Shown one piece after another: positions 1-8,007 of a stretch of DNA of 25,094 bases. The first letter of the stretch is position 1; every line of letters begins with the position of its first letter. Source of the DNA: Methanobacteriota archaeon (GTDB lineage: Archaea; JAADCQ01; Methanopyri; Methanopyrales; Methanopyraceae); the NCBI GenBank assembly GCA_027064305.1, contig JAMOPY010000050.1:1-25094 (forward strand). Reading direction: 5' to 3'. Both the position numbers and the translations under genes were made by a program. Under the pieces are notes generated by a model that was not told the origin of the DNA, did not search any database, and was given only the letters and a program-made list of their open reading frames with translations.

Positions 1-96
1 CGTGCCGCGACCCCGGCTGGGGCAACCGCGGCGGGCTGGCTCCGTGGGCAGGACTCAAGTTTCGCGCCGGTCCGGGATTGACCGGGGGTGGTCGCG

Positions 97-987
97 GTGG
101 ACCTGCGGGAGCACGTGTTGCGGTACGCGGTGGACGACGTGCGGGTGGTGAAGCGGCTGTTGCCGGGGGAGTCGGAGGCGTGGGTGGGGTTGGCGGACTT
201 CGATGACGCGGCGGTGGTGAGCGTGGAGAACGGGCTGGTGGTGAGTGCGGATGGTCCCTACGCGTTTCGGCTGGTGCGGAAGTCGGCGGTGGTGCACGCG
301 GCGACGGACGTGCTGGTGGCGGGTGGGCGGCCGCGGTTCGTGGTGGATACGATCATCGCGCCGTCGTGGGAGGGGGCGTTGGAGGCGGCGGAGTGCATCG
401 GGCGGCAGGCGCGGGAGTTGGGGTTGGAGGTGCTGGGTGGGAACACGATGGTGGAGGATGACGTGGGGGAGCCGAAGGTGTCGTTGACGGTGATGGGGGA
501 GCTGGTGGCGCCGGAGCCGATCACGGATAGGGGGGCGGAGCCGGGGGACGTGGTGTTGCTCGTGGGTGAGCCGATTCACGGTGGGTTTCGGGAGCGGATG
601 GAGCGGGCTCGGAGGTTGTTTCGGGCGTTTCCGGAGGTGGCGCGGCTGGGGTTGGTGAAGGCGGCGAAGGATGTGACGAAGGGGGGTCTGGTGGCGATGG
701 CGGCGTTGGTGTGCGCGAAGTCGGGGGTGGGGATGCGGTTGGACTCGGTTCCGTACGCGTCGATCACGAGGAATTGGGACAACGTGCTGGCGGTGGTGGG
801 AGAGGAGGACGTGGGGGAGGTGCTGGAGGTGTGCGTGGAGCGTGGGTGTCCGGTCTCGGTGATCGGTCGGGTGGTGGAGGAGCCGGTGTTGGAGGTGGCG
901 GGTCGGGTGTTGGTGGACGAGGATTTAATGGGGGAGTTGGTGGAGAGGCTGGGTCAGTTGGAGGGTGGTGGGGTCGGTTCGTCGTGA
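97..987 (+). CDS. AIR synthase/PurM-fold protein (ThiL/SelD/HypE superfamily), function unknown
   Basis: Motifs DDAAVV, ADG, DVLVAGGRP, LGGNT, GAEPGD, AAKDVTKGGL and IGRV are typical of the AIRS/AIRS_C domains. GTG at 97 follows an RBS-like GGGGGTG at 84-90; the ORF track starts at 88. Confidence 0.75.
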   Translation: MDLREHVLRYAVDDVRVVKRLLPGESEAWVGLADFDDAAVVSVENGLVVSADGPYAFRLVRKSAVVHAATDVLVAGGRPRFVVDTIIAPSWEGALEAAECIGRQARELGLEVLGGNTMVEDDVGEPKVSLTVMGELVAPEPITDRGAEPGDVVLLVGEPIHGGFRERMERARRLFRAFPEVARLGLVKAAKDVTKGGLVAMAALVCAKSGVGMRLDSVPYASITRNWDNVLAVVGEEDVGEVLEVCVERGCPVSVIGRVVEEPVLEVAGRVLVDEDLMGELVERLGQLEGGGVGSS

Positions 988-1439
988 GCGTGACGGTGTG
1001 GATGTTGCTGGCGGAGTTGTGCCTGGTGTTGGCGGCGGTCTCGTTGTTGTCGGGTTTGCTGTTGGAGCGGCGGATTGAGGCGTCGACGTGGTTTACGGTG
1101 GCGGATCTGCTCGTGTGCGCGGCGGCGATCTACGTGGGGATGACGGGCGGTCAGTTCTCGAGCGTGCTGCCGGATTGGGGGGTGGTGGCCGCGATCGTGG
1201 GGGCGTTGGTGCACATCACGTACACGTGGGTGCGGAAGACGCTGTGGCTGTTGTTGGGTTGGTTGGGGTGGTTTCGTCGGGGTGAGGAGGAGGTGGAGTT
1301 GGAGCGGCCGAGTCGGGCGAGGGCGTGGTTGACGCGGGTGTTGGAGCGGTTGGGGGTGGAGGAGCGGGTGGATCGTGGGGACGTGGAGGCGGCGCGTCGG
1401 GTCCTTAAGGTGTGTAGGCGGTGGGGTTGGAGGGAGTAG
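984..1439 (+). CDS. Hypothetical membrane protein (about 3-4 hydrophobic segments, charged C-terminal tail)
   Basis: The GTG start overlaps the upstream stop (GTGA at 984-987). Hydrophobic stretches include WMLLAELCLVLAAVSLLSGLLL and VVAAIVGALVHIT. It is the 3' part of ORF 711..1439. Confidence 0.6.
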   Translation: MSVTVWMLLAELCLVLAAVSLLSGLLLERRIEASTWFTVADLLVCAAAIYVGMTGGQFSSVLPDWGVVAAIVGALVHITYTWVRKTLWLLLGWLGWFRRGEEEVELERPSRARAWLTRVLERLGVEERVDRGDVEAARRVLKVCRRWGWRE

Positions 1440-1451
1440 GGGGGTGTTCTC

Positions 1452-1979
1452 GTGACGGAGCCCACGGTGGCGGGGTCGTTGTGTCTGTACGTGGGTGGTC
1501 GGTTGGCGCCGAGTCGGCGGCGTTGGAGGGAGTTGGGGGCGCGGGTCTCGGAGGTGGGTGCGGTGCTGTACGTGGTGGGGTTGGGGTTGTCGGGGGAGCC
1601 GGTGGAGCGGGAGGTGGCGTTGCCGGCGTTGCGAGGGTTGGAGTACGTGCACGCGTACGGTCGGCGGGCGGGGTTCGACGCGAGGGAGTTGGCGGGGGCG
1701 GTGCGGGCGTCGGTGGAGGATCCGGAGGGTGCCTTTTCGGAGGCGTTGGAGTGTTTGGGGCATCGGTTGCGGGGGTACGTGAACGCGCTGTTGAATCACG
1801 AGGAGTGGGTGGTGCGGCGGTTCTGTCGGGAGTTGGTGGAGGAGCTGCGGGGGACGCGGGGGTTGTCGCCGGGGGTGGCTCGGGCGTTGAGTTTGGTGGA
1901 GGGGTCGGTTGGGGAGGGTGGTCGGTCGTGGTCCTCGGTGTTGGGTGGTCTGTTTCGGTGGTTACCGGGTCGTCGGTGA
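1452..1979 (+). CDS. Hypothetical protein
   Basis: 175-aa ORF with an RBS-like GGGGGGTG upstream and protein-like composition. No family recognised. Confidence 0.55.
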   Translation: MTEPTVAGSLCLYVGGRLAPSRRRWRELGARVSEVGAVLYVVGLGLSGEPVEREVALPALRGLEYVHAYGRRAGFDARELAGAVRASVEDPEGAFSEALECLGHRLRGYVNALLNHEEWVVRRFCRELVEELRGTRGLSPGVARALSLVEGSVGEGGRSWSSVLGGLFRWLPGRR

Positions 1980-2984
1980 GCGCTCGGCGATGGAGAGGAT
2001 GTCGCTCATGACGGCGCTGGCGGTCTCGAGGGGGCCGGCGCCGCGGCCGGAGACGTAGATGGTGCCGGCGAGGTCGGTTTCGAGGCGGACGACGTTCATG
2101 ACGCCGCGGACGCGGGCGATGGGGTCGGATTTGGGCACGAGGCAGGGTCGGACGAGGAGGTCGCCGTCTCGGTCGGCGCGGCCGATGAGTTTGATGCGGT
2201 AGCCGCGCTCGTTGGCGATGCGGATGGCCTCGGGCGTGAGGTCCTCGATCCCGGTCACGTCGACGTCGTCGATGGTGCAGCGGACGCCGAGGATGGAGTT
2301 GGCGAGGATGACGATCTTGCAGGCGGTGTCCCAGCCCTCGATGTCCATGCTGGGGTCGGCCTCGGCGATGCCGCGGGACTGGGCGTCGGCGAGGGCGTCG
2401 TCGAGGGAGAGTCCCTCGGTCTCCATGCGGGTGAGGACGTAGTTGACGGTGCCGTTCAGGACGCCCTCGATGGAGAGCACGTCCACGCTCTTGAGGGTCT
2501 CGCGGACGAGGTTGAAGACGGGCATGGCGCCGCCGGCGGTGGCCTCGTAGCGGATGATGACGTCGCGGCGCTCGGCCGCGCGCATGATCCGGTCGTAGGC
2601 GACGGCGAGGGGGCCCTTGTTGGCGGTGACGACGTGGCGGCCGAGCTCGATCGCCTTGAGGATGTGGGAGAGGCCGGGCTCTCCGGTCTCGATGTCGGTG
2701 GGGGTGAGTTCGACGAGGACGTCGAAGTCCGCGTCCTCCATCGCCTCGAGGGCGTCGCGCTCGTCGCCGGCGGCGGCGACCGTGCCGTGCCGTTCCTTGA
2801 CGCGGAGGACCTCTTCGGGGTCGAGGTCCTCGCCGATCCAGGCGCCCCGGGAGTCGGCGACGCCGGTGAGCTCGACCCGGACGTTGAGCCGGCGGGCGTA
2901 CTGGTCGCGTTTTTCCCTGAGCAGTCGCATGAGGCCGCGGCCGACGGCGCCGAGGCCGATCACGAAGAGTCGGACGACGCGCAC
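1962..2984 (-). CDS. hom: Homoserine dehydrogenase
   Basis: Rossmann motif GLGAVG, plus HVVTANKGP, YEATAGGAMP, GVLNGTVNY, AEADPSMDIEGWDTACK and GRGAGPLETASAV. Confidence 0.95.
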   Translation of the reverse strand: MRVVRLFVIGLGAVGRGLMRLLREKRDQYARRLNVRVELTGVADSRGAWIGEDLDPEEVLRVKERHGTVAAAGDERDALEAMEDADFDVLVELTPTDIETGEPGLSHILKAIELGRHVVTANKGPLAVAYDRIMRAAERRDVIIRYEATAGGAMPVFNLVRETLKSVDVLSIEGVLNGTVNYVLTRMETEGLSLDDALADAQSRGIAEADPSMDIEGWDTACKIVILANSILGVRCTIDDVDVTGIEDLTPEAIRIANERGYRIKLIGRADRDGDLLVRPCLVPKSDPIARVRGVMNVVRLETDLAGTIYVSGRGAGPLETASAVMSDILSIAERSPTTR

Positions 2985-3475
2985 CGTACCACCTCCAGGG
3001 GGAAGAGGACGGTGAGGTCCTTCTCCTCGGCGATCTCTTCGATGACGCGGACCGCCTCGCGGAGGGCGCCCTCGTCCTCGTAGATGACGGTGAAGCCGGC
3101 GGAGGAGCGGCGCTCGGGGTCGGGCATCTCCAGGTCGACGTCCACGACCTGGACGCCCCGTACCGCGTTGACGCGGTCGATCGTGTCCTTGATGTCCGTG
3201 TCCACGATGTGCCCGATGAGGACGACCTCCATCTCGTGCCCGGGACCGCGGCCGAAGCGGAGGATCTTGACGTCCTCCAGCTCGCTGACGCGGCGGGAGT
3301 ACTCCCGGGCCGCCCGCTCGTCCGCCTCGAACACGAGGTGCACGCGCGCCCGGTCTCCCTCGCGCGAGTGTGAAATGCTAATAACGTTCCCGCCGACCTC
3401 GGACAGCGGCTCGAGGATGCGCACCAGCTGCCCGGGCTTGTCGGGGAGGATCACGTCCAGCTCGAACCGCTTCAT
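2960..3475 (-). CDS. Tandem ACT-domain amino-acid-binding protein (putative allosteric regulator of homoserine dehydrogenase)
   Basis: LPDKPGQL..IL..L...GGNVISISHSR and LIGHIVDTDIKDTIDR. It overlaps the hom start, the usual archaeal ACT-hom pair. ATG at 3475. Confidence 0.88.
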   Translation of the reverse strand: MKRFELDVILPDKPGQLVRILEPLSEVGGNVISISHSREGDRARVHLVFEADERAAREYSRRVSELEDVKILRFGRGPGHEMEVVLIGHIVDTDIKDTIDRVNAVRGVQVVDVDLEMPDPERRSSAGFTVIYEDEGALREAVRVIEEIAEEKDLTVLFPLEVVRCASSDSS

Positions 3476-3506
3476 CCGGGCGCTCCCCCCGGGGTGGATC
3501 GTCGCC

Positions 3507-4709
3507 ATGCTCGCCCCACTCATCGCCTTTCTGCTTCTCACCGCGCCGGCCGCGGGCGTGCGGGTGGAGGAGTACGACTGGACCGTCACGGCGGTGAAGC
3601 TGGAGACGGGTCAGGGCGAGATGAAAGTGCCACTGATGCACCCAACGCGCCTGAGGTTCATGGTGGCGAGCCCGGACTACGGGCAGGCGGAGTTCGGAAG
3701 GGACGTGGATGGGGACGGGGTGCCGGACCACACGTGGTGCGGCGAGGTGGCCGCGCTCACCCTGTACAACATCGCGGTCGCGAAGGGGTTCTGGCGGCCC
3801 ACGGCGGGGACGGACGTGAACCCGCTGAACCTGGAGCTGCGGGAGTCCTGGTTCGCCCGGATGACGGGGATACCGGTGGAGGACCGGGAGACGGACGGAC
3901 CGATGGCCGCGACCTCGCCGCCCTGGTTCCCGACCCTGCTCTCCCTGGCCGCGGACTTCCAGGATCCCAACGGGATCGGGGTCGTGATCTACGCGCCGCT
4001 GGCCACGGTGAGCCGGTGGTTCGTCATCGTACCCCCCGCCCTGCACGCGGTCCTGCTCGCGGGCGTCTCGGACGACGGTCGGTACTTCGTCGTCAAGGAC
4101 TGCTCCGCCCTGCAGGGGAGGGATTACTCGTGGGAGAAGGACTACTACCTCGTCCCCTCCTACTCGCTGGAGTTGAACGTCGCGGAGGCCGTGGAGGCGG
4201 TCTCGAACCCGCTGCAGGAGTCGTCCGGCGCGATGGTACCGGTGCTGTTCTTCCCGGTGCCGCGGTTCGGACTCCCGGAGGACCTGAAGCCTTTCGCCGT
4301 CGGGGGTAAGGAGGTCGACCTGGGTGGCGGGCTGAAGGCGCGCTTCCACATCCTGCTGGCCTCCACGATCTCCGACGTGCTGGAGATCGCCCGGATCCTG
4401 CTCAGGCACGGGATTCCGGTCGAGTGCCTGGTGCGAAAGCCCTTCGCGAGCCTGGCCTTCACCGGTCAGATCGTGGAGATCCCGCTGGTCCACCTGAGGG
4501 TTCTACGCATACTCTCCGTGCCGGTGCGGTGCGTGGTGACCGGGACCGGCGGCGGCTCCGGGGCCAGCCGGCCCGCCCCCTCCTCACGGTCCACCCCCAC
4601 CGAGGAGACCCGGGAGGTCGGCAAGCCCACCCGTAGGCACCTACCCATACTACCGATGGTTCCGCTCTGGGGAGGGTTCGGTTGTCGGAGACTCCGACGG
4701 TCCGGTTGA
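3507..4709 (+). CDS. Secreted protein with a putative papain-like (peptidase C39-like) Cys-His-Asp domain
   Basis: Signal-peptide-like MLAPLIAFLLLTAPAAG. WCGEVAAL (Cys), LHAVLLAG (His) and FVVKD (Asp). DVDGDGVPD loop, S/G/T/P-rich linker and a Pro-rich hydrophobic/basic C-terminus. ATG at 3507 follows GGGGTGG. Confidence 0.6.
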   Translation: MLAPLIAFLLLTAPAAGVRVEEYDWTVTAVKLETGQGEMKVPLMHPTRLRFMVASPDYGQAEFGRDVDGDGVPDHTWCGEVAALTLYNIAVAKGFWRPTAGTDVNPLNLELRESWFARMTGIPVEDRETDGPMAATSPPWFPTLLSLAADFQDPNGIGVVIYAPLATVSRWFVIVPPALHAVLLAGVSDDGRYFVVKDCSALQGRDYSWEKDYYLVPSYSLELNVAEAVEAVSNPLQESSGAMVPVLFFPVPRFGLPEDLKPFAVGGKEVDLGGGLKARFHILLASTISDVLEIARILLRHGIPVECLVRKPFASLAFTGQIVEIPLVHLRVLRILSVPVRCVVTGTGGGSGASRPAPSSRSTPTEETREVGKPTRRHLPILPMVPLWGGFGCRRLRRSG

Positions 4710-4993
4710 AGGGCAAGGATCGTGTCGTGGTCTGGCCCGTGTACTTCGACGCCGAGCGGTCGCGCTCGGAGGGCAGGAAGGTGCCCAAACGGCTGGCCGT
4801 GAAGAACCCGAGGCTCCGGGAGATAGCGGAGGTGGCGGAGGAGCTAGGTCTGAATCCCGAGGTGCAGAGGGACAAGCGGTACCCGAAGCGCTGGTGGCAG
4901 GATCGGGGCCGGTTGATCGTGGACAAGGTGGAGTCCAAGCGGAAGACGCTGCTGATGATCGCCGAGAGGCTTCGGGAGCGGCGGGAGCGTTGA
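4682..4993 (+). CDS. srp19: Signal recognition particle 19 kDa protein
   Basis: VVWPVYFD..RSRSEGRKVPK..AV..P and KRYPKRWW..GR....SK..LL..IA. TTG start. Confidence 0.95.
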   Translation: MSETPTVRLKGKDRVVVWPVYFDAERSRSEGRKVPKRLAVKNPRLREIAEVAEELGLNPEVQRDKRYPKRWWQDRGRLIVDKVESKRKTLLMIAERLRERRER

Positions 4994-5691
4994 GGGCGCT
5001 CGCCGTTCGGGCGCCCGGGCTGGATCGAGAGACGCGTCGGGCGTTCGCTCGAGCGGGCATGGAGGTGGAGATCGCGCACCCGGTGCGGCTGGTGCCCCTC
5101 CCCCGTCCCCGGCTGACCGTGGGGTTCCTGCGCCGGTACGACGTCGTCGCGTTCACGAGCCCGCGGACGGTTGAGTTCCTCGAGGGGGGCGAGCTGAGGG
5201 CGCTGAGGGAGTCGGGGGTGGACGTGGCCGCGGTGGGTCCGAGGACGGGGAGGGCGTTGGAGAGGTGCGGGCTGGACGTGGACGTGATGCCGGAGCGGTT
5301 CACGACGGGGGCGCTGGCGGACGCCCTTCGCGGTTACTCCCGCGTGCTCGCGCTGCGGTCCCGGCGGAGGACGGGTGAGCTACGGGAGCGGTTGGAGCGG
5401 TTCGGGGTGCGGGTGAGGGAGCTGGAGGTGTACGATCTGGAGCCCCGTTGGGTACGCGTGGATCCGTGGGACTTCGACGTGGTCTGCTTCTTCAGCGCGA
5501 TGACCGCCCGGTGTTTCCTGAGGTCGGTGGGAACCGACCTGCCGGAGCCGGTGGTCAGCATCGGGCCGGTGACCTCGAGGGAGCTGGAGCGGGCGGGGTT
5601 GGAGGTGGTCACGGCCCGGGAGTCCTCGCTGCGTGGGGTGGTGAGGACGGCGGTCCGGGTGGCTAGATCTCGGTCCCGAAGACCTCCTTGA
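4990..5691 (+). CDS. hemD: Uroporphyrinogen-III synthase
   Basis: YDVVAFTSPRTV, AAVGPRTG.AL, VYD, FFSA and SIGPVT. The TTG start overlaps the srp19 stop (TTGA). Confidence 0.88.
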   Translation: MRALAVRAPGLDRETRRAFARAGMEVEIAHPVRLVPLPRPRLTVGFLRRYDVVAFTSPRTVEFLEGGELRALRESGVDVAAVGPRTGRALERCGLDVDVMPERFTTGALADALRGYSRVLALRSRRRTGELRERLERFGVRVRELEVYDLEPRWVRVDPWDFDVVCFFSAMTARCFLRSVGTDLPEPVVSIGPVTSRELERAGLEVVTARESSLRGVVRTAVRVARSRSRRPP

Positions 5692-6820
5692 GCACCTCCT
5701 CGTGGGTCATGTCGACGCCGATCAGGATGCCCATCTCCTCCAGGGCCTCGATGATGCGCTTTCGGTCCTCCTCGCGCCGGACGACGATCCTGTGGGAGTG
5801 CACGTCCTTGGACAGCTCGTGGAGCCGCTCCAGGGCCCGTCGGGTGCGGGTCTCCCGGTGGAGCTCGTGTCGGGACTTCACGTCCTTCTCGTCCTCGATC
5901 CACAGCTCCTTCTTCAGCGGCTCCGGCAGGGAGGGGACGTGGTAGCGCACGTCCACGACGATCCCGCCGTTGCGGACGATGGTGAGCAGCTCCTCCTTCG
6001 TCCGCTCCAGGGGGTGTCGGACGGTCACGGTGAAGGAGAGGGGTTCGATGAGCAGGTCCGAGATGGCCGTGCCCGCCGCCCGGTAGATGTTGACCACCTC
6101 GTCCGCGCCCGCCCGCTTGAGGGTGCGGACGCCGGTGCGGGACTTGGCGGCGGCCACGATCCACACGTCCGGGTTGAGGTCCCGGATCAGGACGCAGGCG
6201 AAGACGTTGGTCTCGTCCGAGCCGGTGACGAGGGCCACGGCCTGGGAGCGCCTCACCCCGGCCTTCTCCAGGGTCCGCTCCGAGGTCACGTCCCCCTGCA
6301 CGGCCAGGTAGCCCCTGCGGAAGGCCCGCTCGCACTTCTCCGGGTCCTTGTCGACGACGACCACGTCGAACCCGAACTCCCGGAGGTTCTCCGCGATCTC
6401 GCGGCCCTCGCGGCCGTAACCGCACACGATCACGTGGTCCCGCAGGCGCTCGATCCTGGCGAGCGCGTCGCTCTCCTTGAGCCGCAACAGCACGTCGCCC
6501 CGCAGCAGGGCCCCGAAGACGCGGGAGATAACGTGAACGAGCGCGCCGAGCCCCGCGGCCAGGAGGATGATCGTGAAGAGCTTGCCGGAGGGGGTCCGCG
6601 GGGGGTTCGCGCACCCGACCCCGGTGAGGATCAGCACGGTCGTGTAGAGGGCGTCGACTAGGGGGCGATCCTCCAGCCACCAGAAGCCGAGGGTGCCGAG
6701 GAGTAGCAGGAAGGAGACGTACAGGATCGCGTACCGGACGGTGGTGACCGTGGCGGTCTCCTTGAGGAGGTTCCACACGTACCTCCACGCGTACAGCAGG
6801 GCGCGTATCTTAACCCTCAA
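5663..6820 (-). CDS. 2-TM potassium-channel-like protein with an RCK (TrkA-N) domain and a C-terminal 3H-like domain
   Basis: TM1, then DALY..V..LT-GVG pore region, then TM2 (GKLFTIILL..GLG). RCK motifs HVIVCGYGREG, GDVT....LEKAGV and AGADEVV. C-terminal V.H...E.EL..IV..GG.VVDV...H...HSH pattern. Confidence 0.82.
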   Translation of the reverse strand: MRVKIRALLYAWRYVWNLLKETATVTTVRYAILYVSFLLLLGTLGFWWLEDRPLVDALYTTVLILTGVGCANPPRTPSGKLFTIILLAAGLGALVHVISRVFGALLRGDVLLRLKESDALARIERLRDHVIVCGYGREGREIAENLREFGFDVVVVDKDPEKCERAFRRGYLAVQGDVTSERTLEKAGVRRSQAVALVTGSDETNVFACVLIRDLNPDVWIVAAAKSRTGVRTLKRAGADEVVNIYRAAGTAISDLLIEPLSFTVTVRHPLERTKEELLTIVRNGGIVVDVRYHVPSLPEPLKKELWIEDEKDVKSRHELHRETRTRRALERLHELSKDVHSHRIVVRREEDRKRIIEALEEMGILIGVDMTHEEVLKEVFGTEI

Positions 6821-7556
6821 CGCGCCCTTGACCCGCCAGATCGCGCCACCATCGTACCACCTCTCCGACGACGATGACGGCGGGCGGGTTCGCCCGCACG
6901 CGGCCGGAGGCGGCGTCGGACACCCTGCAGACGCGGATCCTCTCGTCTTCGGTCGTGCCGCGCTCGATGATCGCCATCGGCGCGTCCCCGACCGCGCGCT
7001 GCACGTCCCGGGCGATCTCCCGGAGCCGGCGCGCGCCCATGAGGATGACGAGCGTGTCGGCCGCCCGGGCGAGCGCCTCGAAGTCGACCCGGGGCTCCTC
7101 CTTGCTCGGGTCCTCGTGGCCGGTCGCGACGGCGAAGCTGGAGGCGTACCGGCGGTGGGTGAGCGGAAGGCCCACGGAGGAGGGGACGCCGACGGCCGAG
7201 GTGACGCCCGGGATCACCTCGACCTCGATCCCGTGCCGGAGGGCGGCCTCGAGCTCCTCCGCGCCGCGGCCGAAGACCATCGGGTCCCCGCTCTTCAGCC
7301 GGACCACGGTCCGGCCCCGGCGCCCCTCGCGCACGATCACCTCGTTGATCTCCTCCTGCGTCCACCCGCGGCCCCCGGGCCGCTTGCCCACGTCGATGAT
7401 CTCCGCCTCGTCGGGCGCGTACCGTTCCACCACGTCGTCCGGCACGAGCCGGTCCTTGAGCACCACGTCCGCCTCCGACAGGGCCCGGACGGCGCGCAGG
7501 GTGAGGAGCTCGGGGTCCCCGGGGCCCGCTCCGACCAAAACGAGTTTACCCGGCAA
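6810..7556 (-). CDS. cobA: Uroporphyrinogen-III C-methyltransferase
   Basis: GKLVLVGAGPGDPELLTLRA, VRLKSGDPMVFGRGAEE, IPGVTS, PLTHR and TGHED. Confidence 0.95.
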   Translation of the reverse strand: MPGKLVLVGAGPGDPELLTLRAVRALSEADVVLKDRLVPDDVVERYAPDEAEIIDVGKRPGGRGWTQEEINEVIVREGRRGRTVVRLKSGDPMVFGRGAEELEAALRHGIEVEVIPGVTSAVGVPSSVGLPLTHRRYASSFAVATGHEDPSKEEPRVDFEALARAADTLVILMGARRLREIARDVQRAVGDAPMAIIERGTTEDERIRVCRVSDAASGRVRANPPAVIVVGEVVRWWRDLAGQGRVEG

Positions 7557-7581
7557 CGGCCCGGTACCCCTGGGGGCGAGC

Positions 7582-8001
7582 TTGCACGAGCTGAGCCTCG
7601 CTCAGTCGATCCTGGACGCCGTTTTAGAGGTCGCGGAGGAGCGCGGGGCGGAGCGCGTGCTCGGGGTGAGGATCCGGGTGGGCGAGTTCACGATGGTGAA
7701 CCCGGAGCAGCTGCGGTTCTGCCTGGAGGCGCTGGCCGAGGGGACCCCGGCCGAGGGGGCCGAGTTCGAGATCGAGCTGGAGCGGGGCCGCCTGCGGTGC
7801 CGGGAGTGCGGGGAGGAGTGGAGCACGGACGAGGAGGAAGCTTTAAAGGACGCTCGGGACCCGGCCCTCCACGCCGCGTTCGGCTCGGAGGAGCTGCCGT
7901 CGCTGCTGGGCTTGAGGTGTCCGCGGTGCGGGTCCAGGTCGGTGGAGATCCGCGGCGGGGACTCGTGCGAGGTGCGCACCATCAGGCTGGAGTTTGGGTG
8001 A
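7582..8001 (+). CDS. hypA: Hydrogenase maturation nickel metallochaperone HypA
   Basis: TTG start gives MHELSLAQSI. Two CxxC motifs (CRECG, CPRCG) with a long spacer, and C-terminal GGDSC.V..I. Confidence 0.93.
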   Translation: MHELSLAQSILDAVLEVAEERGAERVLGVRIRVGEFTMVNPEQLRFCLEALAEGTPAEGAEFEIELERGRLRCRECGEEWSTDEEEALKDARDPALHAAFGSEELPSLLGLRCPRCGSRSVEIRGGDSCEVRTIRLEFG

Positions 8002-8007
8002 TTTTTC

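Noticed and set aside
1-70. GC-rich hairpin (CCGCG-A-CCCC..GGGG..CGCGG) as a possible structured RNA or SECIS
   Set aside because: It is truncated at the window edge, I could not match SRP, RNase P, 5S or SECIS motifs, and such hairpins are common at this GC content.
7800-7930. Long insertion between the two CxxC motifs of HypA
   Set aside because: Long-spacer HypA proteins are a known archaeal variant.
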